Source of the DNA: Opitutia bacterium | GTDB lineage: Bacteria; Verrucomicrobiota; Verrucomicrobiia; Opitutales; T3Sed10-336 | Length of the DNA stretch: 64,000 nt | Direction: 5' to 3' | Assembly (NCBI GenBank): GCA_050506795.1 | Contig: JBJHCF010000004.1 | Span: 1 to 64,000, forward strand | In this document: one piece after another, positions 35,915 to 46,581 of the stretch | How the letters are laid out: each line of letters opens with the position of its first letter | Position numbering within the stretch: the stretch's first letter is position 1 | Translations under genes and position numbers: made by a program | The notes under the pieces: generated by a model | The model's database searches: none | What the model was told of the DNA's origin: nothing | The model's input: the letters and a program-made list of their open reading frames with translations, nothing else

Positions 35915-37081
35915 ATGGCGAACGAAACAAAAGAAGCTCCCACTTATACCAAGGACAATCCCTTTATTTCAGCGGTGATCGAGAACCGGATGTTGAATAA
36001 GCCGGGCTCCTGGAAAGACACCCGGCATGTGGTGGTCGATATCGCCGGAAGCGGACTCGAGTACTCGGTGGGCGATTCCCTCGGGATCTTCCCCTCCAAC
36101 GCGGAAAGCGCCGTGAACGAGGTCCTGTCGGTGGTCGGCGCGGATGGTGAAGAAATGGTGACGATTCCCAAACACGAGGAGCCGATGGCTTTGCGGGACG
36201 CTTTGTTCCACCACCTCAATATCGCGGTCCAGAGTAAAAAATTGCTGGAGGTTTTGGCGGCAAAAACCGGGGATGCCGGGGAAAAGGAAAAGCTCGAGGC
36301 CCTGCTGCAGCCGGGGGCGCGACAGGAAATGATGGATTTTCTCTCGCATCGGGAACTGGCGGACTTGCTGGAGGAGTTTCCCGGGGTGCGGTTTTCGGCC
36401 CAGGAACTGGTGGACCATCTAAAACGTTTGGTGCCCCGCCTTTATTCCATCGCCTCTTCGCCATTGTTGTTTCCGGACGAGGTGCACCTGACGGTGGCAG
36501 TAGTGCGCTACCGCACCAATAACCGTGATCGGGTCGGGGTATGTTCGACCTACCTGGCCGAGCGGGCGGCCTTGCGCGCCAGGGAGGTGCCGGTGTTTCT
36601 GGCAAAGTCGCATTTCCGGCCGCCGGAAGACGCGACCACGGATATCATCATGGTGGGACCGGGAACGGGAATCGCTCCCTTCCGGGCCTTCCTGCAAGAA
36701 AGGATCGCAACCGGGGCTCCGGGGCGCAACTGGCTCTTCTTCGGTGACCAGCGGAAGGACTATGATTTTCTTTACGGCGAAGAATTCGAACAGCAGGTTG
36801 CCGACGGAAAGCTGCACCGTCTCAGTCTGGCGTTCTCGCGGGATCAGGAGCAGAAGGTTTACGTTCAGGACCGTATGATGGAGGAGGGGAGAGCCCTGTG
36901 GGAATGGATCGAGCGCGGGGCTTATTTTTATGTCTGCGGAGACGCCCAAAGGATGGCCAAGGACGTGGACCTGGCTCTGCATAGGATTGCCCGGGAGTGC
37001 GGGGGATTGAGCGAAGAGGACGCGGATAGCTACATTAAGCTGATGCGCAAGGAAAAGCGCTACCAGCGGGATGTGTATTGA
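35915..37081 (+). CDS. Sulfite reductase flavoprotein-like (CysJ FAD/NADPH domains, no flavodoxin domain)
   Basis: PRLYSIASS, GVCST, MVGPGTGIAPFR, YVCGDA, RYQRDVY. Confidence 0.88.
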   Translation: MANETKEAPTYTKDNPFISAVIENRMLNKPGSWKDTRHVVVDIAGSGLEYSVGDSLGIFPSNAESAVNEVLSVVGADGEEMVTIPKHEEPMALRDALFHHLNIAVQSKKLLEVLAAKTGDAGEKEKLEALLQPGARQEMMDFLSHRELADLLEEFPGVRFSAQELVDHLKRLVPRLYSIASSPLLFPDEVHLTVAVVRYRTNNRDRVGVCSTYLAERAALRAREVPVFLAKSHFRPPEDATTDIIMVGPGTGIAPFRAFLQERIATGAPGRNWLFFGDQRKDYDFLYGEEFEQQVADGKLHRLSLAFSRDQEQKVYVQDRMMEEGRALWEWIERGAYFYVCGDAQRMAKDVDLALHRIARECGGLSEEDADSYIKLMRKEKRYQRDVY

Positions 37082-37099
37082 TCCTCTTCCCGGCCTTTC

Positions 37100-39007
37100 T
37101 TAGACCGCGATCGCGTTGGAACTGTTGTTTTGCTCCCGCTTCCGTTCCGCGATAAGTCGTTCGTCCAGGCGGCGGCGAATCAAGCGAGCCAATGCATTCG
37201 GTTCGAAAGGTTTCTGCAGGAAATTGAATCCTTGTTCCAGCGCGAGGTTCTTTCCGACAATATCCGAGCTGTAGCCGCTCATGTAGATTACCGTCAGGCC
37301 GGGCTCATCGGCGTGCAGTTGGATCGCCAGTTCGCGGCCGCTGACGCCGTCGGGCATCACCAAATCCGTCAGTAGAAGGTCGATCTTGTTCTTGTGCTGT
37401 TGCCAGGTGCGCAGGGCCTCGACCCCGGATTCGTTGTCCAGGACCGTGTACCCGAGATCCTCGAGAATGTTTTTGATCAGTTCCCGGAGAACGGTTTCAT
37501 CCTCGGCCAGCAGGATCGTTTCGGTGCCGTTCAGCCTGGTTTCCGAAAGCGGTTCCGCTTCCTTTCGGACTACTTTCCTTTCCACCGCCGGAAGGTAGAT
37601 TTCAAATTGGGTGCCGGACATGGGTTCGCTGTGAACCTCAATCCAGCCTTTGTGCTGTTTGACGATGCCGTAAACCGTGGCCAATCCCAATCCGGATCCC
37701 TTGCCGACCCCTTTGGTGGTAAAGAACGGTTCGAAGATTTTGGGCAGGACATTCGTGGGTATCCCGCATCCGTCGTCCTTGACCGTCAGCCGCACGAAAC
37801 GTCCGGAGCATGCTTCCGAGTGACGTTTCTCCTTGCGCGCATCGATCGCCTCGAAACCGGTTTCTATGATCAAATTCCCGCCCTCCGGCATTGCGTCGCG
37901 GGCGTTTACCGCGAGGTTGAAAATTATCTGCTCCATCATGCCCCGGTCCGCCTCGACGAGTGGGGTCTGCGAAGTGCATTTGAGCTCCACGCTGATGGGC
38001 TCGCCCAGAATACGGGATAACATGCGGGTGAGGTTTTGGAGCGTATCGTTCAGGTCGATCGGTTCCATGTGCATGACCTGACGGTTGCTGAACACCAGGA
38101 GCTGTCTCGAAAGATTGCTGGCGTGGTCGGCAGCGATGGATATCTGTTCCGCCGACTTGCGAATGGTTTCCGGAGGCCGGGTCCCGCAGGCCAACAGGCT
38201 GGCGTGGCCCTGGATCACCGTGAGGATGTTATTGTAATCATGGGCGATTCCGGCGGCGAGTTGCCCGATGGAATCAAGTTTTTGGGACTGGCGGACCTGG
38301 GCTTCGAGGCTTTTGGTTTCCGTGATGTCGCGGCCGACCGCCTGGTGTTCGAACAGGCGTCCGTAACTGTCGAAAATGGCCCTGTTGGTCCAGTGGTGCC
38401 AACGTTTCCGGCCATCGGCCAGGTTCAGGCAATATTCAAACGTGGCAATGGGCGCGCTGGGTGAGAGCTTCTTAATGCGGTTTACCACTTCGGGGTCGTG
38501 TCCGGGATCGTAAACGAAAAAAGACTCGCCCAACAACTCCTCCCGGCTGTGCCCCGTAGCCTGGCAGTAGGCGGCGTTGACAAAGGTGAGTTTGCCATCC
38601 GGCAGGAAGCGGCACACCAGGTCGGTCTGATCTTCCACGATCGCCCGGTATCGGGCATCGACCTTCTGCAGGGATTGCGCCATCTGTTCGATGCGCCGGG
38701 CAATACCGAAAATTTCGTTTTGTTCGTCCGTCGAATTGTCATCAGGACCAAAAATCGGTTCTTCGGTGTCGTGGGCGGTGGTGCCTGGAATCTGGTTTTT
38801 CAACCTCCCCAGATCGGCGCGGGTTTCCCGGTCCCAGACATAACCACTGAGAAGAAGCAGGACACAGGCGATAAGGGAAAGGCCGATAATATAGATTTGG
38901 GTGCCGAGATTCTCCACCAGATTCCGATCGAGAAGCAACATGCCCAAGCTGCCCAGAATCGCGAAAATCAGGGCGAAGATTAAAAGTGACTTAATCTGAA
39001 GGTTCAT
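37100..39007 (-). CDS. Membrane PAS hybrid histidine kinase with receiver domain
   Basis: Two TM helices, [47 protein letters not shown]. Confidence 0.92.
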   Translation of the reverse strand: MNLQIKSLLIFALIFAILGSLGMLLLDRNLVENLGTQIYIIGLSLIACVLLLLSGYVWDRETRADLGRLKNQIPGTTAHDTEEPIFGPDDNSTDEQNEIFGIARRIEQMAQSLQKVDARYRAIVEDQTDLVCRFLPDGKLTFVNAAYCQATGHSREELLGESFFVYDPGHDPEVVNRIKKLSPSAPIATFEYCLNLADGRKRWHHWTNRAIFDSYGRLFEHQAVGRDITETKSLEAQVRQSQKLDSIGQLAAGIAHDYNNILTVIQGHASLLACGTRPPETIRKSAEQISIAADHASNLSRQLLVFSNRQVMHMEPIDLNDTLQNLTRMLSRILGEPISVELKCTSQTPLVEADRGMMEQIIFNLAVNARDAMPEGGNLIIETGFEAIDARKEKRHSEACSGRFVRLTVKDDGCGIPTNVLPKIFEPFFTTKGVGKGSGLGLATVYGIVKQHKGWIEVHSEPMSGTQFEIYLPAVERKVVRKEAEPLSETRLNGTETILLAEDETVLRELIKNILEDLGYTVLDNESGVEALRTWQQHKNKIDLLLTDLVMPDGVSGRELAIQLHADEPGLTVIYMSGYSSDIVGKNLALEQGFNFLQKPFEPNALARLIRRRLDERLIAERKREQNNSSNAIAV

Positions 39008-39283
39008 GTCTGCGCGTTTGCCTGGAAAAACCACTCACCGGATTCGTCGGTGTTTCGGTGTGGTATTAGCGTTCATTCTTACTTCCCCAACGCCGAGTGC
39101 GTGAGCTGAGAATCTATTCTTTACCAAACACGGAGTAAAGAGCTCGCTGATGTCGAGACCGTTGTCAGAGCCAGTTTTACGTGATCTTTACGCGATCAGG
39201 GGAATCCTTATTCCTCCAGGTCACGAACAGTGTTCGCGATCAGCGGAGTGTTCATGCGGATTCCGGCGTCCGCGGGGGCGGTT

Positions 39284-39853
39284 TCAGCGGCGGCCGGACG
39301 CTGTCACGGCGCCGGAGTAACATATCGATTGGCTGACTTCCTCCGCCGTATTTTCGGTGGTCAACTCTTTCAGCAGGTGCAGGGCGAAGTCAACAGCGGT
39401 TCCCGCGCCGCGGGAAGTAACGATGTTTCCGTCCTGCACCACTTTTCGATTTTCGATCAAATCCGGCAGTTCGCCGGCCATGGAAAAATGGGCGGTGTAT
39501 TCCCGCCCATTAAGAAGCCCGGCGTCTTTCAGCAGAGCCGGGGCGGCGCAAATGGCTCCCAGCAGACGGCCCGAGGCGGCATGCTTTTTGACGTAGTCGA
39601 TTACGGTCCGGTCCTTGCGAAGGTGGCGAATACCCGGGCCGCCGGGGATTACCAGAAGGTCGTAGGATTCTTTGCCGGCATGACGGAAAAGCTCGTCGGC
39701 TACGACCTGCACACAAGTCTTGCCGGTGACGAACTTGTTGTCGTGGTGGGCGGCCAGCGTGCAGGTAATACCTCCCCTGCGAAGAATATCGACGACCACC
39801 AGCGCTTCGATTTCCTCAAAACCCTCGGGGAGTATGACCAATGCGGTTTTCAT
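39284..39853 (-). CDS. DJ-1/ThiJ/PfpI family protein (YajL-like)
   Basis: GFEEIE, IPGG, AICAAP, VTSRGAGTA. Confidence 0.9.
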   Translation of the reverse strand: MKTALVILPEGFEEIEALVVVDILRRGGITCTLAAHHDNKFVTGKTCVQVVADELFRHAGKESYDLLVIPGGPGIRHLRKDRTVIDYVKKHAASGRLLGAICAAPALLKDAGLLNGREYTAHFSMAGELPDLIENRKVVQDGNIVTSRGAGTAVDFALHLLKELTTENTAEEVSQSICYSGAVTASGRR

Positions 39854-39929
39854 CTCTTGCCTTTTATGGTAACGCGGCAATGGAATTATTCCAAGTGTAA
39901 ATTTTATGTTAAGCATTTGTCAAAACAAG

Positions 39930-40826
39930 GTGCCGGACAGGATGGTGGTCTTCGGATGCGGATACGTCGGGTCGAGCCTGGTGAGGCAGGCGGTGCGGCG
40001 AGGTTATCGGGTGACTGTTTTGTCCCGCGGTGCGGCGCGGTTGCAGGAACTGCCGTCCAGCGCAGCGGTTGAAAAGGTTGTCGGCGATCTGGCCACCGAT
40101 GAATGGCATTCGCGAATCGATCCTAGTCCCGAAGTGGTGATCAACTGTGTCGGATCCGGCGGTGGCGGAATTGAGGGGTATCGGCGCTCCTATGTCGAAG
40201 GCATGGAGTCGATTGGCCGTTGGCTGTCGGCCGGCGGGGCCGGAGTGGCGATATACACCGGAAGTGTTGGAGTATACTCACGGAACGACGGCAGCGTGGT
40301 CGACGAGGCGGCCGAAGTGGGAGGCCACTCGGTCTATGCCGACCTGTTGCTGGACGCTGAGAGGTTTTTTCTGGCTCCCGCCTTTTCGGCCGGCCGACGG
40401 TTTGTGCTGCGATTGGCGGGAATTTACGGACCGGGGCGGCACGCGTTCCTGGATCGGGTTCGGCGGTCCGGCGGCGTAATGCCGGGGCGGGGGGAGGGTT
40501 ACATGAACGCCATCCACCTTGAGGATGTTTGCGGTGCGGTGTGGGCGGCGATTGATCGCGCCGGGACCGAAACCGGCGGTGTGTATAACGTGGTGGATGA
40601 CCTTCCGGCCTTGCGCCGGGAAGTGGCCGCCTGGCTGGCCTCCCGTCTTGGCGTTCCCTGTCCGCGGTTCGATGACACAAAAACGGCTCCCGGAAGGTCG
40701 GGACGTGTTCGCAACCGGCGGATCTCCAACGACAAGATGAAATCCCGTCTTGGCTGGCAGCCGTTTTATCCCGATTTCCGGCGAGGCTACGAGGAAATCC
40801 TCAAAGCCTTGTCAGGCGATAAATGA
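39930..40826 (+). CDS. NAD-dependent epimerase/dehydratase (atypical SDR)
   Basis: VFGCGYVG, LRLAGIYGPGR, IHLED, YNVVDD. Confidence 0.85.
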   Translation: MPDRMVVFGCGYVGSSLVRQAVRRGYRVTVLSRGAARLQELPSSAAVEKVVGDLATDEWHSRIDPSPEVVINCVGSGGGGIEGYRRSYVEGMESIGRWLSAGGAGVAIYTGSVGVYSRNDGSVVDEAAEVGGHSVYADLLLDAERFFLAPAFSAGRRFVLRLAGIYGPGRHAFLDRVRRSGGVMPGRGEGYMNAIHLEDVCGAVWAAIDRAGTETGGVYNVVDDLPALRREVAAWLASRLGVPCPRFDDTKTAPGRSGRVRNRRISNDKMKSRLGWQPFYPDFRRGYEEILKALSGDK

Positions 40827-40856
40827 ATGGCACTCCCGGTTCAGACGGAGCCCTGA

Positions 40857-42287
40857 TCAGGTCAGTTCGCGTTCGATGCCGGTGGCCTGGACCATCAGGT
40901 CGAAAAGATCCGTGTTACGGGTAAAGGGTTTGATGCCTTCGCTTCCCGGACCCAGGGCCAGCAGTTCCACATAGTCGGAGGTGTGGGAGTCGCCCACCCA
41001 GCCGATGTCGGTGTGATTGGCGATCACCTGACCGATGACCCCGCTCGTCCCGTTCATTCGGGAGTAGGGCACCCGATATTCGTTGTTCAGGCGCCGGCGC
41101 AGCAGGTCGGCATCGCCGGAGGAGATATCCAGTCCGGTGACCTCCTTGAAGCGTTCGATGATCACGCTCGAGCTCTGTTCGGCGTTCAGCCGCAGGGCTC
41201 CGTGGGTGCCCTTGAATTGGCTTAAGCGGCCGAAATTCCGTTCGCCTTTGTTGTTGCCCGAATTCAGTCCCGGATTGGCGTTTCCATGGTCGGTCGTGAT
41301 GATGATCAAGGTTTCGGGGTTGGCTTCCTGGAATTCCAGCGCCACTCCGATCGCTTCGTCAAAGGCGATCTGGTCGAAAATCAACCCGCCGATGTCGTTG
41401 GCATGTGCGGCATGGTCCACCCGGCCGCCTTCCACCTGCATGATGAAGCCGTTCTCATTACGGGAGAGAGCTCGAAGCGCGCGACTGGTCAGTTCGGCCA
41501 GGCTGGGCACATCCCGACTCAGCGAATCACTGTTTAGCCGATCGAGTTCGTACGGGAGGTGGCCGTTGGCGAAGAGACCGAGGATCTTGCGTTGGCGAAG
41601 CGGGGTGGCTTCGAGCTCCTCGCGGGTCCTTGCCACCGCGTACTCCTTTTCCGCGAATTTCCCCACCAGATCCTGGCCGTCGTTGCGGCGGTTGGGATAG
41701 AAGTGATTGCGGCCGCCCCCCAAAATGATATCGAACTCCCGTTCCAGGTACTGTTCGGCGATTTCCGCTTCCTGGCCGCGATTCGGAACATTGGCGGAAA
41801 AGCCGGCCGGGGTGGCGTGGGTGACCGTGGTGGTGGTGACCAGTCCCGTCGCTTTACCCGAGGCGCGGGCCAGGGGAAGGATGGGGGGGTGGTGGGTGCC
41901 GTCAGGGCCAATGTTCACCGAGTTGTTGTTGACGCGATGACCGCAGCCCCAGGCCACGGCGGAAGCGGCCGAATCCGTTACGATGGAGTCGAGAGAGGCC
42001 ACATCCATTAAACCGCGCCGTCCGCGTTGATCCACGTAGAGCTGCATCCAGTTCGATCGTTTCCCCTCCCTCCATAGGAGGTACTGGTCGGCCATGCTCA
42101 AAGTGCCGATACTCATCCCGTCGCTGACCATGAAAATCACGTTTTTCGCGGAGCCCTCCGCCACCCTTTCATCGGCACGGGCCGAGTGCGAGTATGCGCC
42201 CGATCCCAGCAGCAATGAAGTCAATGCGCCGGTTTTTAGGAAATTACGTCGGGTTACCGGTGGAAGGGACGAGAGGTTCTTCTTCAT
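40857..42287 (-). CDS. Tat-exported alkaline phosphatase (PhoA family)
   Basis: TRRNFLK Tat motif, VIFMVSDGM, VTDSAAS, THATPA, EGGRVDHAAH, TTDHG. Confidence 0.92.
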   Translation of the reverse strand: MKKNLSSLPPVTRRNFLKTGALTSLLLGSGAYSHSARADERVAEGSAKNVIFMVSDGMSIGTLSMADQYLLWREGKRSNWMQLYVDQRGRRGLMDVASLDSIVTDSAASAVAWGCGHRVNNNSVNIGPDGTHHPPILPLARASGKATGLVTTTTVTHATPAGFSANVPNRGQEAEIAEQYLEREFDIILGGGRNHFYPNRRNDGQDLVGKFAEKEYAVARTREELEATPLRQRKILGLFANGHLPYELDRLNSDSLSRDVPSLAELTSRALRALSRNENGFIMQVEGGRVDHAAHANDIGGLIFDQIAFDEAIGVALEFQEANPETLIIITTDHGNANPGLNSGNNKGERNFGRLSQFKGTHGALRLNAEQSSSVIIERFKEVTGLDISSGDADLLRRRLNNEYRVPYSRMNGTSGVIGQVIANHTDIGWVGDSHTSDYVELLALGPGSEGIKPFTRNTDLFDLMVQATGIERELT

Positions 42288-42486
42288 GTATATATATTGA
42301 TTGCCGGAACTGGACCGGGTCAAGGGGGAAAGGCCTTTGGCCATTCGGCCAGGTCGCTGCCGGGATGATTTCGCCGCGCTTTCACTTGACCTCGGGCGCC
42401 GGTTGGAAACTGTGGATGGTGTCGGGTGGGCGCCCGGCGGTTGCCGTTTCCGGCGATCCTCCAAACTATCGAATGAGGATTTCATT

Positions 42487-42795
42487 ATGGCAGGTGTGGG
42501 AAAATTGATGAAGCAGGCGCAGAAAATGCAGCGCCAGATTGAAACATTACAAAACGAATTGGCGGACAAGGAATTCGACGTTTCCAGTGGTGGAGGGGCG
42601 GTCACCATTCGTATCAACGGCGCCGGCAAGTTTCTGGCGATCAAACTCGACGAGGAGTTCCTCAAGGAAGACAAGGAAATGGTTGAACAGGCTCTGCTGC
42701 TGGCAGTTCAGGAGGCGGCCGACAAAGCCAAGGAGTACAACGAATCGGAAATGCAGAAGGTCACCGCCGGCTTTAATATTCCCGGCCTGATGTGA
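42487..42795 (+). CDS. ybaB: YbaB/EbfC nucleoid-associated protein
   Basis: LMKQAQKMQ, SSGGGAV; directly upstream of recR. Confidence 0.93.
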   Translation: MAGVGKLMKQAQKMQRQIETLQNELADKEFDVSSGGGAVTIRINGAGKFLAIKLDEEFLKEDKEMVEQALLLAVQEAADKAKEYNESEMQKVTAGFNIPGLM

Positions 42796-42862
42796 TCGGT
42801 CGGTCGCGGTTCCGGTTTGCGCTTGTCGTGACCGCTGGTTCGCGGCTGCTTGAGGGATTTCC

Positions 42863-43459
42863 ATGGGTTCCGCTTTTGAAGATCTCCAGCGCGCGCTGAA
42901 ACAGTTGCCCGGATTGGGTTACCGTTCGGCGGAACGGCTGGCCCTGCACCTTTTGGTGGAGCGTCCCGAACGGTTGCCATTGTTGGTGGACGCTTTGCGC
43001 GGGGCTGCCGACGCCGTGCGCCGTTGTCAGGTGTGTGGCGGGCTGGCAGAGGAAGAATCCACCTGTGCCGTTTGCTCCGATCCTCGGCGTGACGCCACGG
43101 TCCTGTGCGTGGTGGAGCAGGTGCTCGATCAGATTGCGTTGGAGCGTTCCTCTGCCTACAACGGTTTATATCACGTGCTGCACGGAAAACTGTCGCCGAT
43201 ATCCGGAGTGGGGCCGGAGAATCTCAATATGGCGCCGCTGTTCTCCCGTCTCGCCCGGGGCGAGGTTCGGGAACTGGTGCTGGCCCTGCCCAATGATGTG
43301 GAGGGAGAGGCGACCTGCCACTACATTACGGAGCAACTTGAGGGTGACTCGATCGCCGTTTCCCGCATCGGCTTCGGTCTCCCCAGCGGCGGGGGCGTTT
43401 TTTACGCGGATCCCGTCACCTTGAAAAGCGCGCTGGAGAGTCGGAGGAGTTATTTCTGA
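42863..43459 (+). CDS. recR: Recombination protein RecR
   Basis: LPGLG.RSAERLA, C4 zinc finger, YHVLHG.LSP, TOPRIM DVEGEAT. Confidence 0.96.
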   Translation: MGSAFEDLQRALKQLPGLGYRSAERLALHLLVERPERLPLLVDALRGAADAVRRCQVCGGLAEEESTCAVCSDPRRDATVLCVVEQVLDQIALERSSAYNGLYHVLHGKLSPISGVGPENLNMAPLFSRLARGEVRELVLALPNDVEGEATCHYITEQLEGDSIAVSRIGFGLPSGGGVFYADPVTLKSALESRRSYF

Positions 43460-43615
43460 TTTACTTTTTTTTGAACGGTTTAAGGCCTTTTATCATTGCC
43501 TGACGGCCGGAGTGTTTCAGGCTGGAAGGGGTGTTGACCGGTCGTGAATCTGTTCCGCGCGTGGCGCGAGCAGGCACGCGTTGCAGGTCTGTCTGAACCG
43601 AAACTGAATGAGACC

Positions 43616-44338
43616 ATGAATAAAAAACCGTTAGCTTTGCTTCTTGCTTCCATGCTGGGGGCCAGTGTCCTTCACGCCAATGATTTCAGCCTTTCCTCCG
43701 ATGTCTCGTTTGCTTCGGAAAAGGTTTTTCGGGGCGTCAAGGAAGCGGGTCCCACCATACTTCCGTCGGTCGAGGTTGTCTCCCTGGGTAATCCGGGAGG
43801 GGAATTCTACCTCGGCGCGCGCGCGGCCGCTCCCGCCCGCAGTGATTTCGAGAACGAGGTCAATGCTTACGCGGGTTTTGACGCCGAGCTCCAGCATAAT
43901 TTCTTTGTTGATGTCGGTGCGGTTTATTACCATTTCCCGCAGAAAAACGGGGGTCTGACCGATACCATCGAGCCCTACATCGGTTTGCGGCTCCAGGAAA
44001 TCGCGGATACCTGGCTTTCCGCCGGCGGGTATTTCTATTACGACATCGATAAGAGCTTCACGGTGGAAGGGTCTCTGCAGTACAGCCTTCCGTTCCAGGG
44101 AGGGATCCCCGCCACGCTCGACCTGGGCGCCTTTATCGGCTATACCGACGAAGACCGCCGGTTCGAGGAGGATCATGCCTATTACGGTCTCTACGCCGTG
44201 GTGCCGTACGAGTTCAACAGCGCGGCGACGTTCACCGTCGGAGCCCATTACGCGGCTCGCAACGGCCTCGATAATGCGCCCATCGAAAGCGACCGCGACT
44301 TCCTTTACTGGACCGCGGGACTCAAGGTTCGGTATTAA
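43616..44338 (+). CDS. Outer-membrane beta-barrel protein (TorF-like putative porin)
   Basis: Signal peptide, S..VFRG, E.N.YAG, DVG.VYY.FP, C-terminal aromatic residue. Confidence 0.7.
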   Translation: MNKKPLALLLASMLGASVLHANDFSLSSDVSFASEKVFRGVKEAGPTILPSVEVVSLGNPGGEFYLGARAAAPARSDFENEVNAYAGFDAELQHNFFVDVGAVYYHFPQKNGGLTDTIEPYIGLRLQEIADTWLSAGGYFYYDIDKSFTVEGSLQYSLPFQGGIPATLDLGAFIGYTDEDRRFEEDHAYYGLYAVVPYEFNSAATFTVGAHYAARNGLDNAPIESDRDFLYWTAGLKVRY

Positions 44339-44398
44339 GAGCCGTCGGGCAACCTGTTGAGGCAGGTTTCCCGACCCGATATCAACGGGTTTTTCTTT

Positions 44399-44436
44399 GC
44401 CCGGGTTTGAACCTTTGGTTCAGCCCGGGCTTTTTT
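44399..44436 (+). terminator. Intrinsic terminator (a second hairpin lies at 44344-44375)
   Basis: GCCCGGG.TGAACC-TTT-GGTTCAGCCCGGGC-TTTTTT. Confidence 0.75.
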
Positions 44437-44451
44437 GCCGCGGAGTTCCTG

Positions 44452-46527
44452 TCACGCCAGGAATTCCTTGCGGTCCACCTGCAGATCGTGACAGGCGTGG
44501 ATGAACTCCGCCGCCGACCAGGCCTGGAAGGCTTTGCCCATGGGAATGCCGGTTTTTCCGTGCGCCCATTCGTTGAATTCCCATTCGTGGGCGATTCCCT
44601 GCTTGTTGAGCTCGGCCAGGCGGAGCAGTTCCTGATAAGCGAGATCGCGCAGGCCCAGTCGATTGATGAACCGCACCCATTGGGCTCCAATAAAAGGCCA
44701 GATCCCGCCATTGTGGTAGTGGTCGGGAAGATTGAGCAGGTTCACCGTGTAGTAGTTCTTCCAATCCGGGTCGCCTCCCGTGACCACCGGGTAGAGGTTG
44801 GCCACCGGCCACGGGTTGTTGACGCCGACTCCCCACATGAATCGAAAGGCGATCTTGGCGCGGTCGACGTCGAGAACGTTGTAGAGAAAAGCCAGGATGT
44901 TGCCGTAGACGTCGCAGCGCCAGTTGAAACCGAAGGGGGTTACTTCGGCCAGGAGATAACTGGTGTCTCCCAGGGAGAACTGCCGGTCGGCAAAGGTTTT
45001 GCTGGCCACTTCGGCTCCGTTGGTCGAAGGCCAGAACTTCCGCAAAATGGCTGACTTAATAGTCTGAGCCCAACGCAGGTAATCACCGGCACGGTCCAAC
45101 TCGCCCTGCCATTCGAGCAGGAGCCCGAAGGAGATATTGGCCTGGTACCAGAGGACCTCGTCGTATAGCACGTTGTAGCTGCGGCCGAACAGGTCGGTCC
45201 AGTCTCCGGCTTCCGGAATCTCCAGGAGGGCGTCGTTGTTCCCGTCGTGAGCGCTCAACCAGTTCATGGCCCGCTGAAGAGATTCGATGTGTGTGTCGAG
45301 AAACTCGTGGTCTTTGGTTACCCGGACGTACTCGTAGGCGGCGATGATCACCCAGATGCCGCTGTCGACCGAGCAGATTCCGCCGATTCCGGAGTAGTCG
45401 GGGACTTCGTCGCTCACCCGTACATTGGCGGGAATTTGTCCGCTCAGGGAAATGTGCCGGAGCAAGGTGTCCAGGGTGTTCCGCTGGCATGTGCGAACGT
45501 CGGGGTCCTTGAGCGAGAGCGTCCCGATGACCGTGATGGCGCCGTCCCGTCCCCAGACGCTGTGGTAATTCACGTCGGTGCCGCGGGCATCGTTGTCCGT
45601 GATCGAGCAGGCGGAAAAGCCCAGGGGGGTGATGTTCTTGCGGATGGCTGCAACCGCCTTTTCATAGGCCAGCCCGACAAAATCACGTTGTTCGGTGTTG
45701 AGTTCGCGAATCTGGCAGGGATCGAAAAGCTGGATGATTTCCGGTTCGAAATTCCCCTCGGTAATCACCTGACAGTCAACAATTTCAGGCTTTTCGATAA
45801 TGCCGAAATGCTTCATGCCGTCGAGAACGCCGTCGGCGTTAAACCCCTGGGCAAAATAAACGGAAGTTTCCACCGTGGCTTCATAGAGCTCCGGCTGGGC
45901 GTTCTCGACGATGATGCCGTTGATGCCCTTGATACGAAACATAGAGCTGTCGTTTCCGCTGTCACCTGCTACCAGGGCGTCGGACGGCTTGATTTTCAGG
46001 TGCCGGAGAAGCCAGCCGAGCGCCTTTCCTTTGCTGGCGGAGCGCGGAAGGATGGTGATATCGCGGGCGTTGGAATAGATGACCGTGACGTTCAGACCCG
46101 CTTCCTTGAGCTCTTTGCGAAACCGATCTATCTGTTCGCGTGAAGCATCATACAGTTGCCAAGTCGATTTGAACGGGTTCTGCACCGATTCGGGAGCTTG
46201 ATCCAGGTGATAGGTTTCCCGTGCGATCGTATTGATTTTCTTGCGATCCCATTCGGGGAGGAGGGTGTGTTCGAAACCCTCGATGAACGCCTTGGCGCGG
46301 TAGTCATAAATGGAGGTGCCCAAACCGCAGATCAGGTAATCGGGTTTGGGCAGGTTGGATTTTGGAATCAGTGCCAGCGCGTCCTTGGGTACCCGGCCCG
46401 TGTTGTAACAGAGTAGGGGCCGTGAATCCGCGGGAATTTTTTCCCAGGTGCATTTGAAGACGATGGTGGCGTCCGGCTTGCCGAGAAGCGTTCCATCGAG
46501 ATCGGATGAGAAGAGACGGATGGCCAT
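44452..46527 (-). CDS. Fusion of HAD-IIB sugar-phosphate phosphatase (MfppA/SPP-like) and GH100/invertase-like (alpha/alpha)6 hydrolase
   Basis: SSDLDGT, GDSGND HAD motifs; C-terminal NY.SVWGRDG, SVDSG.W, YHNGGIWP, EFNEW, QAWSAA. Confidence 0.85.
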   Translation of the reverse strand: MAIRLFSSDLDGTLLGKPDATIVFKCTWEKIPADSRPLLCYNTGRVPKDALALIPKSNLPKPDYLICGLGTSIYDYRAKAFIEGFEHTLLPEWDRKKINTIARETYHLDQAPESVQNPFKSTWQLYDASREQIDRFRKELKEAGLNVTVIYSNARDITILPRSASKGKALGWLLRHLKIKPSDALVAGDSGNDSSMFRIKGINGIIVENAQPELYEATVETSVYFAQGFNADGVLDGMKHFGIIEKPEIVDCQVITEGNFEPEIIQLFDPCQIRELNTEQRDFVGLAYEKAVAAIRKNITPLGFSACSITDNDARGTDVNYHSVWGRDGAITVIGTLSLKDPDVRTCQRNTLDTLLRHISLSGQIPANVRVSDEVPDYSGIGGICSVDSGIWVIIAAYEYVRVTKDHEFLDTHIESLQRAMNWLSAHDGNNDALLEIPEAGDWTDLFGRSYNVLYDEVLWYQANISFGLLLEWQGELDRAGDYLRWAQTIKSAILRKFWPSTNGAEVASKTFADRQFSLGDTSYLLAEVTPFGFNWRCDVYGNILAFLYNVLDVDRAKIAFRFMWGVGVNNPWPVANLYPVVTGGDPDWKNYYTVNLLNLPDHYHNGGIWPFIGAQWVRFINRLGLRDLAYQELLRLAELNKQGIAHEWEFNEWAHGKTGIPMGKAFQAWSAAEFIHACHDLQVDRKEFLA

Positions 46528-46581
46528 CTTGGAAATCGTTATTCGTTGACTGAAAGGTATTGCATTTCGACCGATCTGGGT

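Noticed and set aside
42290..42480. SRP RNA (ffs) expected near ybaB-recR
   Set aside because: No CAGG-GRAA-AGCAG domain IV motif seen; probably just a divergent promoter region.
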